DNA of 64,000 nt, from positions 32,001 to 96,000 of the IMG/VR virus record IMGVR_UViG_3300042319_001830. One strand, written 5' to 3'. Numbering within the stretch: the first letter of the stretch is position 1; each line of letters opens with the position of its first letter. Below, one piece after another: positions 27,437 through 38,333 of this stretch. Under the pieces are notes generated by a model, which was given only the letters and a program-made list of their open reading frames with translations, had not been told where the DNA came from and ran no database searches. A program made the position numbers and the translations under genes. This DNA is from a virus.

Positions 27437-28171
27437 ATGATTAAAATGCTATTACTCCTATTAATGTCTGTGAATCTTGTCGCCAATGAATTGTATTTAT
27501 ATGATACAAATGACCAAATTGAAATAACCGAGGTTATCAACAATAAACTTAGTGTTTTAAACGCCCAAATTGGTAATACCTTTACACTTACGAACAGTTT
27601 GAATATAAACACCCGAACCAATAGTACTGCTACATATGTACTCCCATATAGAATTGCTATACATCAACGTGAAAGTACCAGTACATACTACAATCAAACA
27701 TCAACCGAATATGATAATAATTTTAAATTACCCGAGGTTGTTAAAGTTAAAGACTCATTTTTTAATTTTACCAATAATGGCGAACTATATTGTGTAAGCG
27801 ACGGTACCGCAACAAATACAATTATAACTTCTTTATGTTCTGTCATATTCAATAAAACAAGTTTCTTCATAAAGTCAGGTGATAAATATACACAGTTATA
27901 TGTTGTCGGTGGTAACGTAACTGTATTAGATAATAAATCAAAGAAAAAGAAAAATTTAAAAGAGGGAGATTATTTGGTTGTAACTCCTCAAGTTATATTA
28001 AATGCTAGAGAAGCAACTGTTACCAAGATGGGCAACAGTTTCAGCATCAAAGAAGTAGAAGATGAAGAAAAAGATGCTCATAACAAATCTATTCAAACTT
28101 TGAAGGTAAAATTAGACAATACGTTATTTGTAAACTATGGACAAAATATTTTTGGTTTTAAATTAAAATGA
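27437..28171 (+). CDS. exported beta-rich protein (FecR-like)
   Basis: Signal-peptide-like N-terminus; TQLYVVGGNVTV…LKEGD resembles the end of a FecR domain. Confidence 0.5.
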   Translation: MIKMLLLLLMSVNLVANELYLYDTNDQIEITEVINNKLSVLNAQIGNTFTLTNSLNINTRTNSTATYVLPYRIAIHQRESTSTYYNQTSTEYDNNFKLPEVVKVKDSFFNFTNNGELYCVSDGTATNTIITSLCSVIFNKTSFFIKSGDKYTQLYVVGGNVTVLDNKSKKKKNLKEGDYLVVTPQVILNAREATVTKMGNSFSIKEVEDEEKDAHNKSIQTLKVKLDNTLFVNYGQNIFGFKLK

Positions 28172-28395
28172 AATTAGATCATCTAGACTCACTCACAGAA
28201 GACGAATTAGCAATGTTATGGTATTGTATAAATAAAGTCAATCCACCTGTATTAAGTGGTATTGAATTGGAACCTGAGGTGTTTACTTCCATCAAACATA
28301 AACGGTTAATGGATCGATTATTACAGTGCGCACAGTATATAAAAGAAGAACATAATGCAGTTTTTACTGGACTTGTGGCTAAATTGAAGGTATAG
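28168..28395 (+). CDS. hypothetical protein
   Basis: 75-aa ORF with ATGA overlap. Confidence 0.6.
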   Translation: MKLDHLDSLTEDELAMLWYCINKVNPPVLSGIELEPEVFTSIKHKRLMDRLLQCAQYIKEEHNAVFTGLVAKLKV

Positions 28396-28396
28396 T
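28368..28396 (+). promoter_or_regulatory. sigma70-like promoter, 6 nt before the polymerase ATG
   Basis: TGGACT-17 nt-TATAGT. Confidence 0.55.
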
Positions 28397-28402
28397 GGTT
28401 AT

Positions 28403-31054
28403 ATGTATCAAAACATTTTCGTTTCAAAGAAAGATAACATTATTCACCTATGGGATGATAAAAAAGGATACGTAACAATTCCATATCGCCCATACGCTTA
28501 TCGCAAACGTGAAGGTGGAATGTATCGTAGTATTTATGGGGATGAATTAGAAAAAGTCTATAAATTTAATCCAAAAGATCCAAGTTTATTTGAAAGTGAT
28601 GTTCCAGCCGAAACTCGCATCTTGATTGACGCTTATGAAGATAACGATGAACCATCTGAAGGACATCGTGTTGTATATCTTGACATTGAGGTTAGTACTG
28701 AAGGTGGATTTCCTAATATAGAAGAAGCTGATAAAGAAATTACAGCTATTGCTATTTATGATAGTTTAACAGCTAAATATACAGCTTTCATCTTGGATAA
28801 AGAAAACAAGCTAAATGACTTTGTTAAAGAAAACGTAGAAGTACGTAGCTTTACAGAAGAAGATAGTTTATTGATGCACTTTCTAACCAAATGGGAAGAA
28901 ATTCAACCCACTATTAGTACTGGTTGGAACAGTGATAACTTTGACATGCCGTATCTGTTTCGTCGTATGAAGCACATTGTTGGGTCAAACAATGCAAAAC
29001 GGTTGAGTCCGATTAAAGTTGCTTATATTAATGATTGGAATAAGAAAGTTATTGTAGCTGGAGTAACTCACTTGGATTATATGACACTTTACAAGAAGCT
29101 TAATATTAAACAAGAGGCTAGTTATGCTCTTGGGGCAATTGGTAAAAAGATTGTGGGTATGGAGAAGATTTCTTATAAAGGTAGTTTGGACGATTTGTAT
29201 AAAGCTGATATCAACAAGTATATTGAATATAACTTGAACGACGTACAAATCATTGTAGCACTAGAAAAGAAGTTACAGTTTATTGAACTGGCTAGGGCTA
29301 TTTGTCACAAAGGACACGTTCCATATGAATGGTATGAAATGAGCTCTCGTTTTATTGAAGGTGCTATTCTTATGTATCTACGTCGTAAAGGACAAGTTGC
29401 TAAAAATAAATCATTGGGGGGTCGTGATGAATATGAAACACAAATGGAAGATAATGAACAAGGTTTTGAAGGTGCTTATGTTAAGGCTCCTACTCCCGGT
29501 CGTTATGATTGGGTGTTTGATTTGGATCTTACATCAATGTATCCGAATATCATCATTAGTCTTAACTTATCACCCGAAACTAAAGTAGCTGTTATTAATA
29601 AGATTGAATATGATGATTCTTATGTTGAAGATCGTACCAAAGAAATTCGTGAAGACTACGAGAATTTAGGTGACAGTGTTCAGAAGAAGACTCCATTTGC
29701 TCAATATCTTGATCAACGATTGTACGCATTTAATGCTCGGTTATTTGCTCAGAACAAAATTGGTAAATATCACGTGGGTTCTACAGTTTATAACAATGAA
29801 GAATTTAAACAGTTAATTACACAAACTAATTTGAGTGTTGCTAGTAATGGAGTAATGTGTAAACAAGATAAGACAGGAGTTATTCCGGAAATTTTAGTAA
29901 AATGGTTCGATGAACGTAAAGATCTTCGAAAACTAGCTAAGAAACATGCAGATTTAAAAGAATGGGAAAAATATGAATTTTATGATGGCCGTCAAAAAGT
30001 ACAAAAAGTATTACTTAATTCAATCTATGGTGTATTGGGTCTACCGATCTTTAGATTTTATGACAAGGATAATGCGAGCGCTGTTACCATAACAGGTCAA
30101 GATATTATTAAATCTACAGGTAAAGCTATTAATGAATGTTTCAAACGTGCATTGGATGAAAAAGAAGGAGATTGGGTTATTTACACCGATACAGATAGTT
30201 GCTTTGCTAGTGCATTACCCATCATTAAAAAGAATATGCCTGATATTGATCTAAATGATGAAAAGGCAATGACCGAGGCTATTTTGAAAGTAACTGGCGA
30301 TGTACAATCATTTGTTAATAAGTTTTATGATGTGATGGCAAAACGATATTTCAATATTGAAAAACATCGATTTGATGCAAAACAAGAAGTTATTGCCAAG
30401 ACAAGTTTTTGGTTAGCTAAGAAACGTTATGCTCAGTTCATCGTTAACAAGGCCGGTATTGAGTGTGACGAAATGGAAGTAAAGGGTATCGACGTAGTAC
30501 GCACATCCTTCCCAATTCGGTTTCGCAAGTTTATGCAAAAGTTCTTAGATGACATGTTGCGCAAACTTCCAAAAGATCAGATCGACGTAAGCATTCTTGA
30601 ATTTAAAGATAAGATGTCTACTTATCCAGTTATTGAGATTGCAAAGAATACCAGTGTTAAGTTCAAGAGTCAGAGTGGTGAAACTGATTATAATCCAAAG
30701 ACAAGACATCCATTTCAGTTTATGGATGGTACGCCGGCTCAAGCTAAAGCTGCATTGGCTTATAACGATTTGTTGAAAATCTGGAACTTGGACAAGGATG
30801 TTCCGCCGATATTCCACGGCCAAAAGATCAAGTGGGTATATCTAAAACAAAATATATATGGCATCGAAGGTATTGCTATGAAAGCTGATGGTACTGATCC
30901 TGATCGTGTTGTTGAGTTTATTGAACAGTATGTAGATAGAAATGCTATGTATGAACAGGAACTTAAAGGTAAGTTGTTAGACTTTTATAATGTTTTGAAT
31001 TGGAGTTATCCAAACGAGACTGATGTTAAATTGGAAGAGTTTTTTAGTTTTTAA
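28403..31054 (+). CDS. family B DNA polymerase (T4 gp43-like)
   Basis: Exo DIE, FDMPY, YNLND; Pol DLTSMYP, KVLLNSIYG, YTDTDS; C-terminal LEEFF. Confidence 0.97.
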   Translation: MYQNIFVSKKDNIIHLWDDKKGYVTIPYRPYAYRKREGGMYRSIYGDELEKVYKFNPKDPSLFESDVPAETRILIDAYEDNDEPSEGHRVVYLDIEVSTEGGFPNIEEADKEITAIAIYDSLTAKYTAFILDKENKLNDFVKENVEVRSFTEEDSLLMHFLTKWEEIQPTISTGWNSDNFDMPYLFRRMKHIVGSNNAKRLSPIKVAYINDWNKKVIVAGVTHLDYMTLYKKLNIKQEASYALGAIGKKIVGMEKISYKGSLDDLYKADINKYIEYNLNDVQIIVALEKKLQFIELARAICHKGHVPYEWYEMSSRFIEGAILMYLRRKGQVAKNKSLGGRDEYETQMEDNEQGFEGAYVKAPTPGRYDWVFDLDLTSMYPNIIISLNLSPETKVAVINKIEYDDSYVEDRTKEIREDYENLGDSVQKKTPFAQYLDQRLYAFNARLFAQNKIGKYHVGSTVYNNEEFKQLITQTNLSVASNGVMCKQDKTGVIPEILVKWFDERKDLRKLAKKHADLKEWEKYEFYDGRQKVQKVLLNSIYGVLGLPIFRFYDKDNASAVTITGQDIIKSTGKAINECFKRALDEKEGDWVIYTDTDSCFASALPIIKKNMPDIDLNDEKAMTEAILKVTGDVQSFVNKFYDVMAKRYFNIEKHRFDAKQEVIAKTSFWLAKKRYAQFIVNKAGIECDEMEVKGIDVVRTSFPIRFRKFMQKFLDDMLRKLPKDQIDVSILEFKDKMSTYPVIEIAKNTSVKFKSQSGETDYNPKTRHPFQFMDGTPAQAKAALAYNDLLKIWNLDKDVPPIFHGQKIKWVYLKQNIYGIEGIAMKADGTDPDRVVEFIEQYVDRNAMYEQELKGKLLDFYNVLNWSYPNETDVKLEEFFSF

Positions 31055-31061
31055 AAAAGTT

Positions 31062-31469
31062 ATGAAAAAATATAGTGAGTTGTTGACTATTCCTGAAGAG
31101 TCGTCGTTATTAGAATTGAAAACCAGTGATGATACAGTTATTGCACGTAAGTATGAACGTGTAGTAATTGGTCAACGTGGTCCATATGTAGAATTTACAC
31201 CAAATCAAATATTGTGTGATAAACTGTTTATTCCTAAAAATCAATTATATAGACTAAGTGATCCAAAGGTTTACTATATTGAGTTTAGAACCAATGATAG
31301 TAGCAATGTGAAGGTATATTATCAAATGAGAACAGTCGCATATGCAGATTATAAAATTGGTTATTTTTATGTGTCACCAAGTGATTTATACAACGAGGGT
31401 ATAAAGTGTCTCACTGAAAAGCATCACAGCAATGAAAACGTAGGATTATTTTTTGAATTCAACAATTGA
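31062..31469 (+). CDS. conserved hypothetical protein
   Basis: YERVVIGQRGPYVEF…TVAYADYKIG; start moved to MKKYSE. Confidence 0.7.
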   Translation: MKKYSELLTIPEESSLLELKTSDDTVIARKYERVVIGQRGPYVEFTPNQILCDKLFIPKNQLYRLSDPKVYYIEFRTNDSSNVKVYYQMRTVAYADYKIGYFYVSPSDLYNEGIKCLTEKHHSNENVGLFFEFNN

Positions 31470-31494
31470 CAAACAAATCAACATCGGTTAACAT
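31466..31494 (+). promoter_or_regulatory. sigma70-like promoter, 8 nt before ATG 31503
   Basis: TTGACA-17 nt-TAACAT. Confidence 0.65.
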
Positions 31495-31502
31495 TATAGA
31501 GT

Positions 31503-32240
31503 ATGAAGAAACAAGTATTAACTACATTTATTGACAAATATTCGCTCAACGGTACCATTGAAAGTGTGAAATGGGTTGTTGATAACAGCAGCAAACAAAT
31601 TAAGACAGCATCCATTAGTGATGATAAAAATGTTATCAGTTATGTTGTCATCAAAGATGACGCGGGTTTGACTGATTCCGAGATTGGTATTAATGATACT
31701 ACTAAGCTAAAGAGATTGTTGAATGTTCTAACAGAAGACGTAAATATTTCATATAACAAACGTGACGATAAGATTGTGTCGTTGTCGTTATCCAGTGAAG
31801 GTACAGATGTACAGTATGTTACTGCTGATTTGACTGTGATTCCAAAGGTTCCTGATCTTAAAAAGTTGCCTCCGTTCAATTTAGAGATTCCTCTTACGAA
31901 GGAGTTTGTAACTACATTCGTTAAAGCTAAGACTGCTTTGAGTGACGTTGATACTATGACTTTTATCAAAGATAAAAAAGACAAGATTAAGTTAACAATT
32001 GGGTATAGTAGTGTTAATAGCAATCGTATTAATATTGATATCAAACCGACAGAAGGTAAAGATACTCTTGGTAAGACTATTCACTTTAGTGCTAAGTATC
32101 TAAAAGAGATTTTGACTAGTAATAGTGATTGTGAAAACGCAGTTCTAAAGATCAGTGATGCTGGTATTGCACACGTTGAGTTTAATAACGATCTATTCAA
32201 TAGTTCTTATTATCTAATTGACATCAAGAGTGTAGATTAA
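31503..32240 (+). CDS. sliding clamp (gp45/PCNA-like)
   Basis: 245 aa between polymerase and clamp loader; FSAKYLKEIL…LKISDAGI…SSYYL fits the clamp fold. Confidence 0.75.
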   Translation: MKKQVLTTFIDKYSLNGTIESVKWVVDNSSKQIKTASISDDKNVISYVVIKDDAGLTDSEIGINDTTKLKRLLNVLTEDVNISYNKRDDKIVSLSLSSEGTDVQYVTADLTVIPKVPDLKKLPPFNLEIPLTKEFVTTFVKAKTALSDVDTMTFIKDKKDKIKLTIGYSSVNSNRINIDIKPTEGKDTLGKTIHFSAKYLKEILTSNSDCENAVLKISDAGIAHVEFNNDLFNSSYYLIDIKSVD

Positions 32241-32248
32241 TATCAATT

Positions 32249-33205
32249 ATGAGTTTCTTTGTTGAAGATAAATCAGACAATGTATCACAACATAGTCTTT
32301 GGGCTGAAAAATACCGGCCGTCGAAACTAGACAATTATATCTGTTCCGACAATATCAGATCGGTTTTTCAAGATTTTATTAATCGCAAACACATTCCGCA
32401 TATACTTTTACACGGTAGTGCTGGAACTGGTAAGACTACATTGGCAAAGATCTTAACAAGTAACATTGAATGTGATGTTATGTATGTTAATGCTAGTGAT
32501 AATACCAAGGTGGAGTTTATTCGTGAAACCATCAAACCATTTGCAGCTTCAACTGGTTTTAATCCATTGAAAGTTGTTATCTTGGATGAAGCTGACTTTT
32601 TGTCTGCTAGCAGTCAGGCATCATTGCGTAACTTGATGGAGACATATAGTAGTACCACTAGATTTATTTTAACATGTAACTATGTTGAAAAGATCATTGA
32701 TCCATTATGTAGTCGTAGTCAGGTATTTAAACTTGAACCACCTTCATTAAAAGATGTAGCTGTACATATCAAGAATATCTTGGATAAAGAGTGTATCAAA
32801 TATGAATTGGCAGATCTAAAGAAGATTGTGCAGGATTTTTATCCTGATGTTCGTAAGATTATCAATTTTATTCAACAGAGTTCATTGGATGGTAAATTAA
32901 AGATCTTACAAAGTCAAGGAGCTAGCTTTGATTTGAAGAACAAGTTAATTGACTTATTAAAATCTGCTAAGACTAATGGTAAGTCATTTAATGAAATTCG
33001 TCAGCTAATTAATGACGCTGGTACACGTAATTTTGAAGAACTTTATACAGAACTATACTCTAGAATTGATGAATATGCAATTGGTAAAGAAACATTAATT
33101 ATTATAGAAATCGCAGAATATGTATATCAGAGTAGTATGGTTGTAGACAAAGAAATTACGTTTATGGCTTGTATTGCTAAAGTTATTAAATCAATTAATA
33201 AATAA
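32249..33205 (+). CDS. clamp loader large subunit (RFC/gp44 AAA+)
   Basis: WAEKYRP, GSAGTGKTT, NASD, LDEAD, ILTCN, SRS. Confidence 0.95.
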   Translation: MSFFVEDKSDNVSQHSLWAEKYRPSKLDNYICSDNIRSVFQDFINRKHIPHILLHGSAGTGKTTLAKILTSNIECDVMYVNASDNTKVEFIRETIKPFAASTGFNPLKVVILDEADFLSASSQASLRNLMETYSSTTRFILTCNYVEKIIDPLCSRSQVFKLEPPSLKDVAVHIKNILDKECIKYELADLKKIVQDFYPDVRKIINFIQQSSLDGKLKILQSQGASFDLKNKLIDLLKSAKTNGKSFNEIRQLINDAGTRNFEELYTELYSRIDEYAIGKETLIIIEIAEYVYQSSMVVDKEITFMACIAKVIKSINK

Positions 33206-33206
33206 T

Positions 33207-34502
33207 ATGTCATCTTTTAATGAAAATGCGGATGGAGACTTTTATAATGTTATATATGATATTAAATCTGAATGGTTTGATATTGTGTATGTATTACACA
33301 GTGATAAACGTTCTTCTTTGGAAATCACCACAAAAACAAAGTCTTTAACATTTCCTATGTTTACAGGCGGTCAACGTAGTATTTCTTTTAAAGTGGATAA
33401 AGAAGATATAGTTGACGGTGTATTTAAATTTAAAATTAAGAAAGCAAATAACATTGTTGTAGATATTAAATCCATAATAAATCGAGAAAATTTTCATGAT
33501 TTTCTCGGACTCAAAAAACATATGGATAGTTCATCCATTGAATATTTTGAACAAACAAAAAAAACAATAGAGTCTAATAGACTTACCATTCAATGGTTTG
33601 TAACTTGGAAATGCAATATGGCTTGCAACTATTGTTGGCAAGAATCAGCGAGTGATATCTACAGAACACTAAGCAACAAAACATTAAAAACTACGAGGGA
33701 CTGGGCAGATGCAATTAATAAATTAAATCCAGCTCATTTATATTTGACAGGTGGAGAGCCAACTTTATATAAAGAGTTGCCTGATTTAATTGAAATGTTA
33801 AATGACGATATCACTATTGATATGACTTCAAATTTTGGTAAAACATTTGATTTAAAAAAATGGAAGAATATAGATGCTAGCAAATGGAATGTTATATTTT
33901 TTAGTTTACATCCTACCCAATGGGAAAACCCAAACGATTTTTTTGATAAACTGGAAAAGTTTTTTGAAATATTTGATGCTCGAAAAGTAGGCATTGAAAT
34001 GGTATTACATCCTGACAATACTAAATTAGTAGATCCTAATAAAATAATTGAGTTTTCTAAAAAACATAAGCTCGCTGATCCTCATTTAGATGAATTCGTA
34101 GATTCAAATATTAAAAATATTAATTTCTCAAAAGATATAACTTCGTTGACAGATGATTTGTATCCTAACTATTCTACGGATTATAAGTTTGCAGAAAAGA
34201 CCAACGATAAATCAAGACAGCCTATTTTTTGTCCGGCTGGGTGGAAAAAAATTAATGTTGATTTTGAAGGAAATATCTTTACGTGTATGAGTGCTATTGA
34301 TCGATCAAAGTTATTTCATCAATCAGCAATGCCTCATTATACACCAATTGCAAATATTTTTGATAAAGATTTTGAATTGAAAAAAGAACCAGTAATTTGC
34401 TGGGAATCATTTAGATGTTCGGCTTGTGATTATCAAATGTTGCAACACGCTTGGCGACCTTTTAAGAATAATTTTAATTTTCAATTACCAATTGTTGAAT
34501 GA
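33207..34502 (+). CDS. radical SAM protein with SPASM/twitch-like C-terminus
   Basis: CNMACNYC, TGGEPT, TSN, CPAG…FTC…C…CSAC; start moved to MSSFNE. Confidence 0.85.
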   Translation: MSSFNENADGDFYNVIYDIKSEWFDIVYVLHSDKRSSLEITTKTKSLTFPMFTGGQRSISFKVDKEDIVDGVFKFKIKKANNIVVDIKSIINRENFHDFLGLKKHMDSSSIEYFEQTKKTIESNRLTIQWFVTWKCNMACNYCWQESASDIYRTLSNKTLKTTRDWADAINKLNPAHLYLTGGEPTLYKELPDLIEMLNDDITIDMTSNFGKTFDLKKWKNIDASKWNVIFFSLHPTQWENPNDFFDKLEKFFEIFDARKVGIEMVLHPDNTKLVDPNKIIEFSKKHKLADPHLDEFVDSNIKNINFSKDITSLTDDLYPNYSTDYKFAEKTNDKSRQPIFCPAGWKKINVDFEGNIFTCMSAIDRSKLFHQSAMPHYTPIANIFDKDFELKKEPVICWESFRCSACDYQMLQHAWRPFKNNFNFQLPIVE

Positions 34503-35329
34503 TTAATTACCACACGTACTATTTAAATGAGAATAAAAAATCCATTGAAAAATGGGATTTTGATAGTAGTAATCCAACTCATTTGATTGGAGATTACAAT
34601 CATAATTTAATAGCAAATGAATTATTAAAAAATTTATCTACAATTGCATCTAACAAAGATATAATTGATATTGGATGTCGAGATGGATTTTATTCATTTT
34701 TGTTTGAAAAAATATCGAAAACAGTCACTAGTCTGGATATGGACAACAGAGAAACCAGACAATATGTACATAGTTTTTTAAATTCTAAATCTAAATTTAT
34801 TCATAGTAATATTTACGATATTATTAATTGGGATAATGAAGTAAAATACGATGTGGTATTTATTGCCGATTTATTAGTTCACTTGGAAAATCCCATAGGC
34901 GCACTTAGGTTATTACACACTATTTGCAAGGAAAAAATAATTATTATCTCTGATTTTTTTGATGATACATCATATAACACAGATGTTGTTAAAAAAAATA
35001 TTTACTTCAACAACGATTTAGTAGGAAATGGAACTGTATCAGTTGGTCATATGTTTTTTCCGTGGGTATTTTCGATTAAATCATTGTTTTCTTTATTGAG
35101 AATAGCTGGATTTGGTGACATTAAGATGATCGATACATATGACATTGAAAGCGTTAATATCAAAAGTATAAATGATCCGACATCTACGTTCATCAGAAAA
35201 GTTGTAATGATAGAAGCTTCGCCTAATGTAGACACATTGGAAAATAATCGTATATATAAAGATGAATCAACTAAAGGTTATAAAATTAACCCACATTTTA
35301 GTTCTTTGTATCCATCGTTTAAAATTTAA
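34499..35329 (+). CDS. class I SAM methyltransferase
   Basis: IDIGCRDGFYS, YDVVF, HLENP. Confidence 0.8.
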   Translation: MINYHTYYLNENKKSIEKWDFDSSNPTHLIGDYNHNLIANELLKNLSTIASNKDIIDIGCRDGFYSFLFEKISKTVTSLDMDNRETRQYVHSFLNSKSKFIHSNIYDIINWDNEVKYDVVFIADLLVHLENPIGALRLLHTICKEKIIIISDFFDDTSYNTDVVKKNIYFNNDLVGNGTVSVGHMFFPWVFSIKSLFSLLRIAGFGDIKMIDTYDIESVNIKSINDPTSTFIRKVVMIEASPNVDTLENNRIYKDESTKGYKINPHFSSLYPSFKI

Positions 35330-35346
35330 ATAATTTTATATCAAAT

Positions 35347-35925
35347 ATGAATGTATATAAATGTTTATTGATTGGCAGTGGTTGGTATGTTAAAGATTGG
35401 TGGGATTCATACAATGAACGTTTTGAGTTTAATTATGTGTTCGCTATGAACAATGCGTTCTTAGTCACAAAAGAAAAAACTACACATTGGTATATACCCA
35501 ATGATTTTATTTATAATAAAAATTATGATTTAACATCGTTTAAAATTAATAATATTGGGTTAAATATAACATCTTATTTTTTAGAAAAACCACACTGGTA
35601 TTGGGATCCTAATGGTGGAACAACTGTGTTAAATTGTTTATATGATATATTAAATAGATCTATATTAAATGATTATAAAGTTGACCTATATACTATAGGA
35701 TGTGATCTTATTTACAGTAACAATGTTACTCACTTTTATGGAAATGGTACGCCGGATCCATTGAGATTAGGTGAAGATATTTTAAAAAAGCATTTAACTG
35801 AGCTCGATATTTTATATAAGTCATATGGTTGCAGTATCAAAAATTTATCTACATATAAGACATTATTACCGTTTGATAAAGAAAACATATCTAGAGTTTG
35901 TAAATTTTATGACAAATATGAATAA
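35347..35925 (+). CDS. Maf/GT29-GT42-fold-like hypothetical transferase
   Basis: LLIGSG, VFAMN, IGCD, THFYG. Confidence 0.45.
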   Translation: MNVYKCLLIGSGWYVKDWWDSYNERFEFNYVFAMNNAFLVTKEKTTHWYIPNDFIYNKNYDLTSFKINNIGLNITSYFLEKPHWYWDPNGGTTVLNCLYDILNRSILNDYKVDLYTIGCDLIYSNNVTHFYGNGTPDPLRLGEDILKKHLTELDILYKSYGCSIKNLSTYKTLLPFDKENISRVCKFYDKYE

Positions 35926-36919
35926 TATAAATAAAAAAACAGCAGTTGTACTAGGCGCGGGTGGATTTATAGGCGGACACTTAGTTAAACGATTAAAAGA
36001 GGAGGGTTACTGGGTCCGTGGTGTTGACATTAAAAATAATGAATATCATAACTATGCCGATGAGTTTATATTGGGAGATTTAACAAATCCATCTATTGTT
36101 GAATCTGTTATTTTACAAAATGTAGACGAAGTATATCAGTTAGCTGCCGATATGGGTGGAGCGTTGTATATATTTACTGGACAAAATGATGCTAACGTAA
36201 TGAGAAATTCAGCATTAATTAATCTTAATGTTGTAAACGAATGTGTAAAAAAGAATATTAAACGGGTTTTTTATTCATCTAGTGCATGCATATACCCTGA
36301 ATATAATCAAATGGATCCAAACAATCCTAAATGTTCAGAAAATGATGCTTATCCAGCTGGACCAGACAGTGAATATGGATGGGAAAAGTTGTTTGGTGAA
36401 AGATTATATTTAGCTTATAATAGAAATTATAAGCTAGATGTTAGAATTGCTAGATTTCACAATATATTCGGTCCATATGGAACGTATAAGGGTGGTAAGG
36501 AAAAAGCTCCTGCTGCTATGTGTAGAAAGGCAATTGAGTCGGTCGATGGAGGGGAATTGGAAGTTTGGGGGGATGGATTGCAAACTCGATCTTTTTTATA
36601 TATAGATGATTGTATAGAATCGGTTTTGAGATTTATGAGACAAGATTCATTTTTGGGTCCTGTTAATATAGGGTCCGAAGAAATGGTTTCTATTAATCAA
36701 TTAACACAAATGGCAATTGATTTGACTGGTAAAAATATACTTATTAAAAATATCTATGGCGATGAGTTTAATAAAAAATACGGATTTAAGTGTCCAACAG
36801 GCGTTAGAGGTCGTAATTCGGATAATAAATTGTATTTTGAAAAAATGGGATGGCTGCCATCTCAATCGCTTAAAGATGGAATTAAAAAAACATTTAATTG
36901 GATAAAATTAGTGATTTAA
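35918..36919 (+). CDS. GDP-mannose 3,5-epimerase-like
   Basis: GAGGFIG, LAADMGG, SSACIYP, YGWEK, RFHNIFGP, EKAPAAMCRK, GVRGRNSDN; exact start uncertain. Confidence 0.9.
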   Translation: MNNINKKTAVVLGAGGFIGGHLVKRLKEEGYWVRGVDIKNNEYHNYADEFILGDLTNPSIVESVILQNVDEVYQLAADMGGALYIFTGQNDANVMRNSALINLNVVNECVKKNIKRVFYSSSACIYPEYNQMDPNNPKCSENDAYPAGPDSEYGWEKLFGERLYLAYNRNYKLDVRIARFHNIFGPYGTYKGGKEKAPAAMCRKAIESVDGGELEVWGDGLQTRSFLYIDDCIESVLRFMRQDSFLGPVNIGSEEMVSINQLTQMAIDLTGKNILIKNIYGDEFNKKYGFKCPTGVRGRNSDNKLYFEKMGWLPSQSLKDGIKKTFNWIKLVI

Positions 36920-36933
36920 AATAATTATATAAA

Positions 36934-37707
36934 ATGAGCGATGTTAAAAAAATATTAATTGGTATACCTGTTAAGAACTGTGGCGCATGGTTAGAAACCA
37001 CTGTTCGACAGATAATTAATCTCAATTATCATAAAGAAAGCATATCAATTGTTTTTATAGAAAATGATAGTGAAGATTATTCTCATAATGTGCTAGAATA
37101 TTGTGTAGATAAGTTGTTAAAAAAGCATGCATACAGATCTATATCTTACGAAAGAAAACAACTAGGATTTCATTTGCCTCACGAATCTAGACATGATTTC
37201 AGACATGCATCAGGGCGTATGAACAGTTTAAAAATTATACGCAATTACATTGTTGATACACATTTAAAAGACAATGATTATTTATGGTGGGTAGATGCAG
37301 ATTATGCATATATTCCTCCAAACTTTTTAATTGATGCTGTCAATTTCGATAAGGATATAATTATGCCTAGAGTTGAAGTGGACGGCAGTAATTATGATGG
37401 TATGACATGTGCCGATATAGATGGGATACCAGTTAAAATTCATGAAGTCGCTAAAAGATTTGATTGCGATTTTTATCCAATGGTCATAGTTGAATGTGCT
37501 TCATTGATATCCCGCAAAGTATTTGATTATGGACTGCGATATGATAGTGGAATTTTAAAAGGAAATGATGGGATCACTGACCATTTTTTTCAGGAAGGGC
37601 CCCATTTTTCTCATAGAGCTAAATTAGCTGGATTTACATTATATGGTTCATTAAAACACGTTATAATTCATCAGTCGATAAATGGAATGGTTCCGTATAA
37701 TCCTTAA
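36934..37707 (+). CDS. GT-A glycosyltransferase (Anp1/GT2-like)
   Basis: IPVKN, ENDSED, RNY, WVDAD. Confidence 0.7.
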   Translation: MSDVKKILIGIPVKNCGAWLETTVRQIINLNYHKESISIVFIENDSEDYSHNVLEYCVDKLLKKHAYRSISYERKQLGFHLPHESRHDFRHASGRMNSLKIIRNYIVDTHLKDNDYLWWVDADYAYIPPNFLIDAVNFDKDIIMPRVEVDGSNYDGMTCADIDGIPVKIHEVAKRFDCDFYPMVIVECASLISRKVFDYGLRYDSGILKGNDGITDHFFQEGPHFSHRAKLAGFTLYGSLKHVIIHQSINGMVPYNP

Positions 37708-37712
37708 TATAT

Positions 37713-38333
37713 ATGAAAATAAAATTATCTTGCATCGAAACATATATTTTGACTATAGAAAACAACTTCGGAAGATATGATCGTCTTAAAAATGAACTAA
37801 ATTGTTTAGAAGATAAATTAAAAATTAATGTTTTTTATGGAAAAACTATCCCAGGTCATCTCGGATGTGCGATATCAACCGTAAATATGTATAAATCCGT
37901 ATCGCCACCCGTTTTATGTCTTGAAGATGATTGTGGGTTAACAGAAAATTATAATGATGAATTAGAGATACCAGATGACGCGGATGCTATATATCTAGGC
38001 ACTTCTGTTTGGGGCGTTACAAATGGTCAAACTGATTGGAGAAATTTTACTATAAAAAAGTACAATGATAGATTTTATAAAATAGAAGGTATGTGTTCTG
38101 CTCACGCTGTTTTATTTTTGAATAATAACTTCTTAGGACATATAAATAAAATTGGCGAATCGTATAATATGGAATCAACCGTTCCATTTGATTATTTAAT
38201 GTGTCAAGAACAAAGCAAATTTAATGTTTATGGTGTAGCCAAACCTATGTTTTATCAAAAAGGAGATCTTAATGAAGAAGTAACTTTATATTCGATTGAT
38301 CAAATTTATAAAGATAAAAATTTAATAATATGA
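37713..38333 (+). CDS. GT25-like glycosyltransferase
   Basis: GCAIS, LEDD, DAIYLG, SAHAV, PMFYQ. Confidence 0.7.
   Translation: MKIKLSCIETYILTIENNFGRYDRLKNELNCLEDKLKINVFYGKTIPGHLGCAISTVNMYKSVSPPVLCLEDDCGLTENYNDELEIPDDADAIYLGTSVWGVTNGQTDWRNFTIKKYNDRFYKIEGMCSAHAVLFLNNNFLGHINKIGESYNMESTVPFDYLMCQEQSKFNVYGVAKPMFYQKGDLNEEVTLYSIDQIYKDKNLII

Noticed and set aside
29560-29850. Possible intein or intron in the polymerase after motif A
   Set aside because: Only a short in-frame variable segment; no C/S…HN intein ends or endonuclease motifs
34762-34773. 11/12 match to the ATATGTACATAT palindrome
   Set aside because: Single copy inside a CDS in very AT-rich DNA; likely chance
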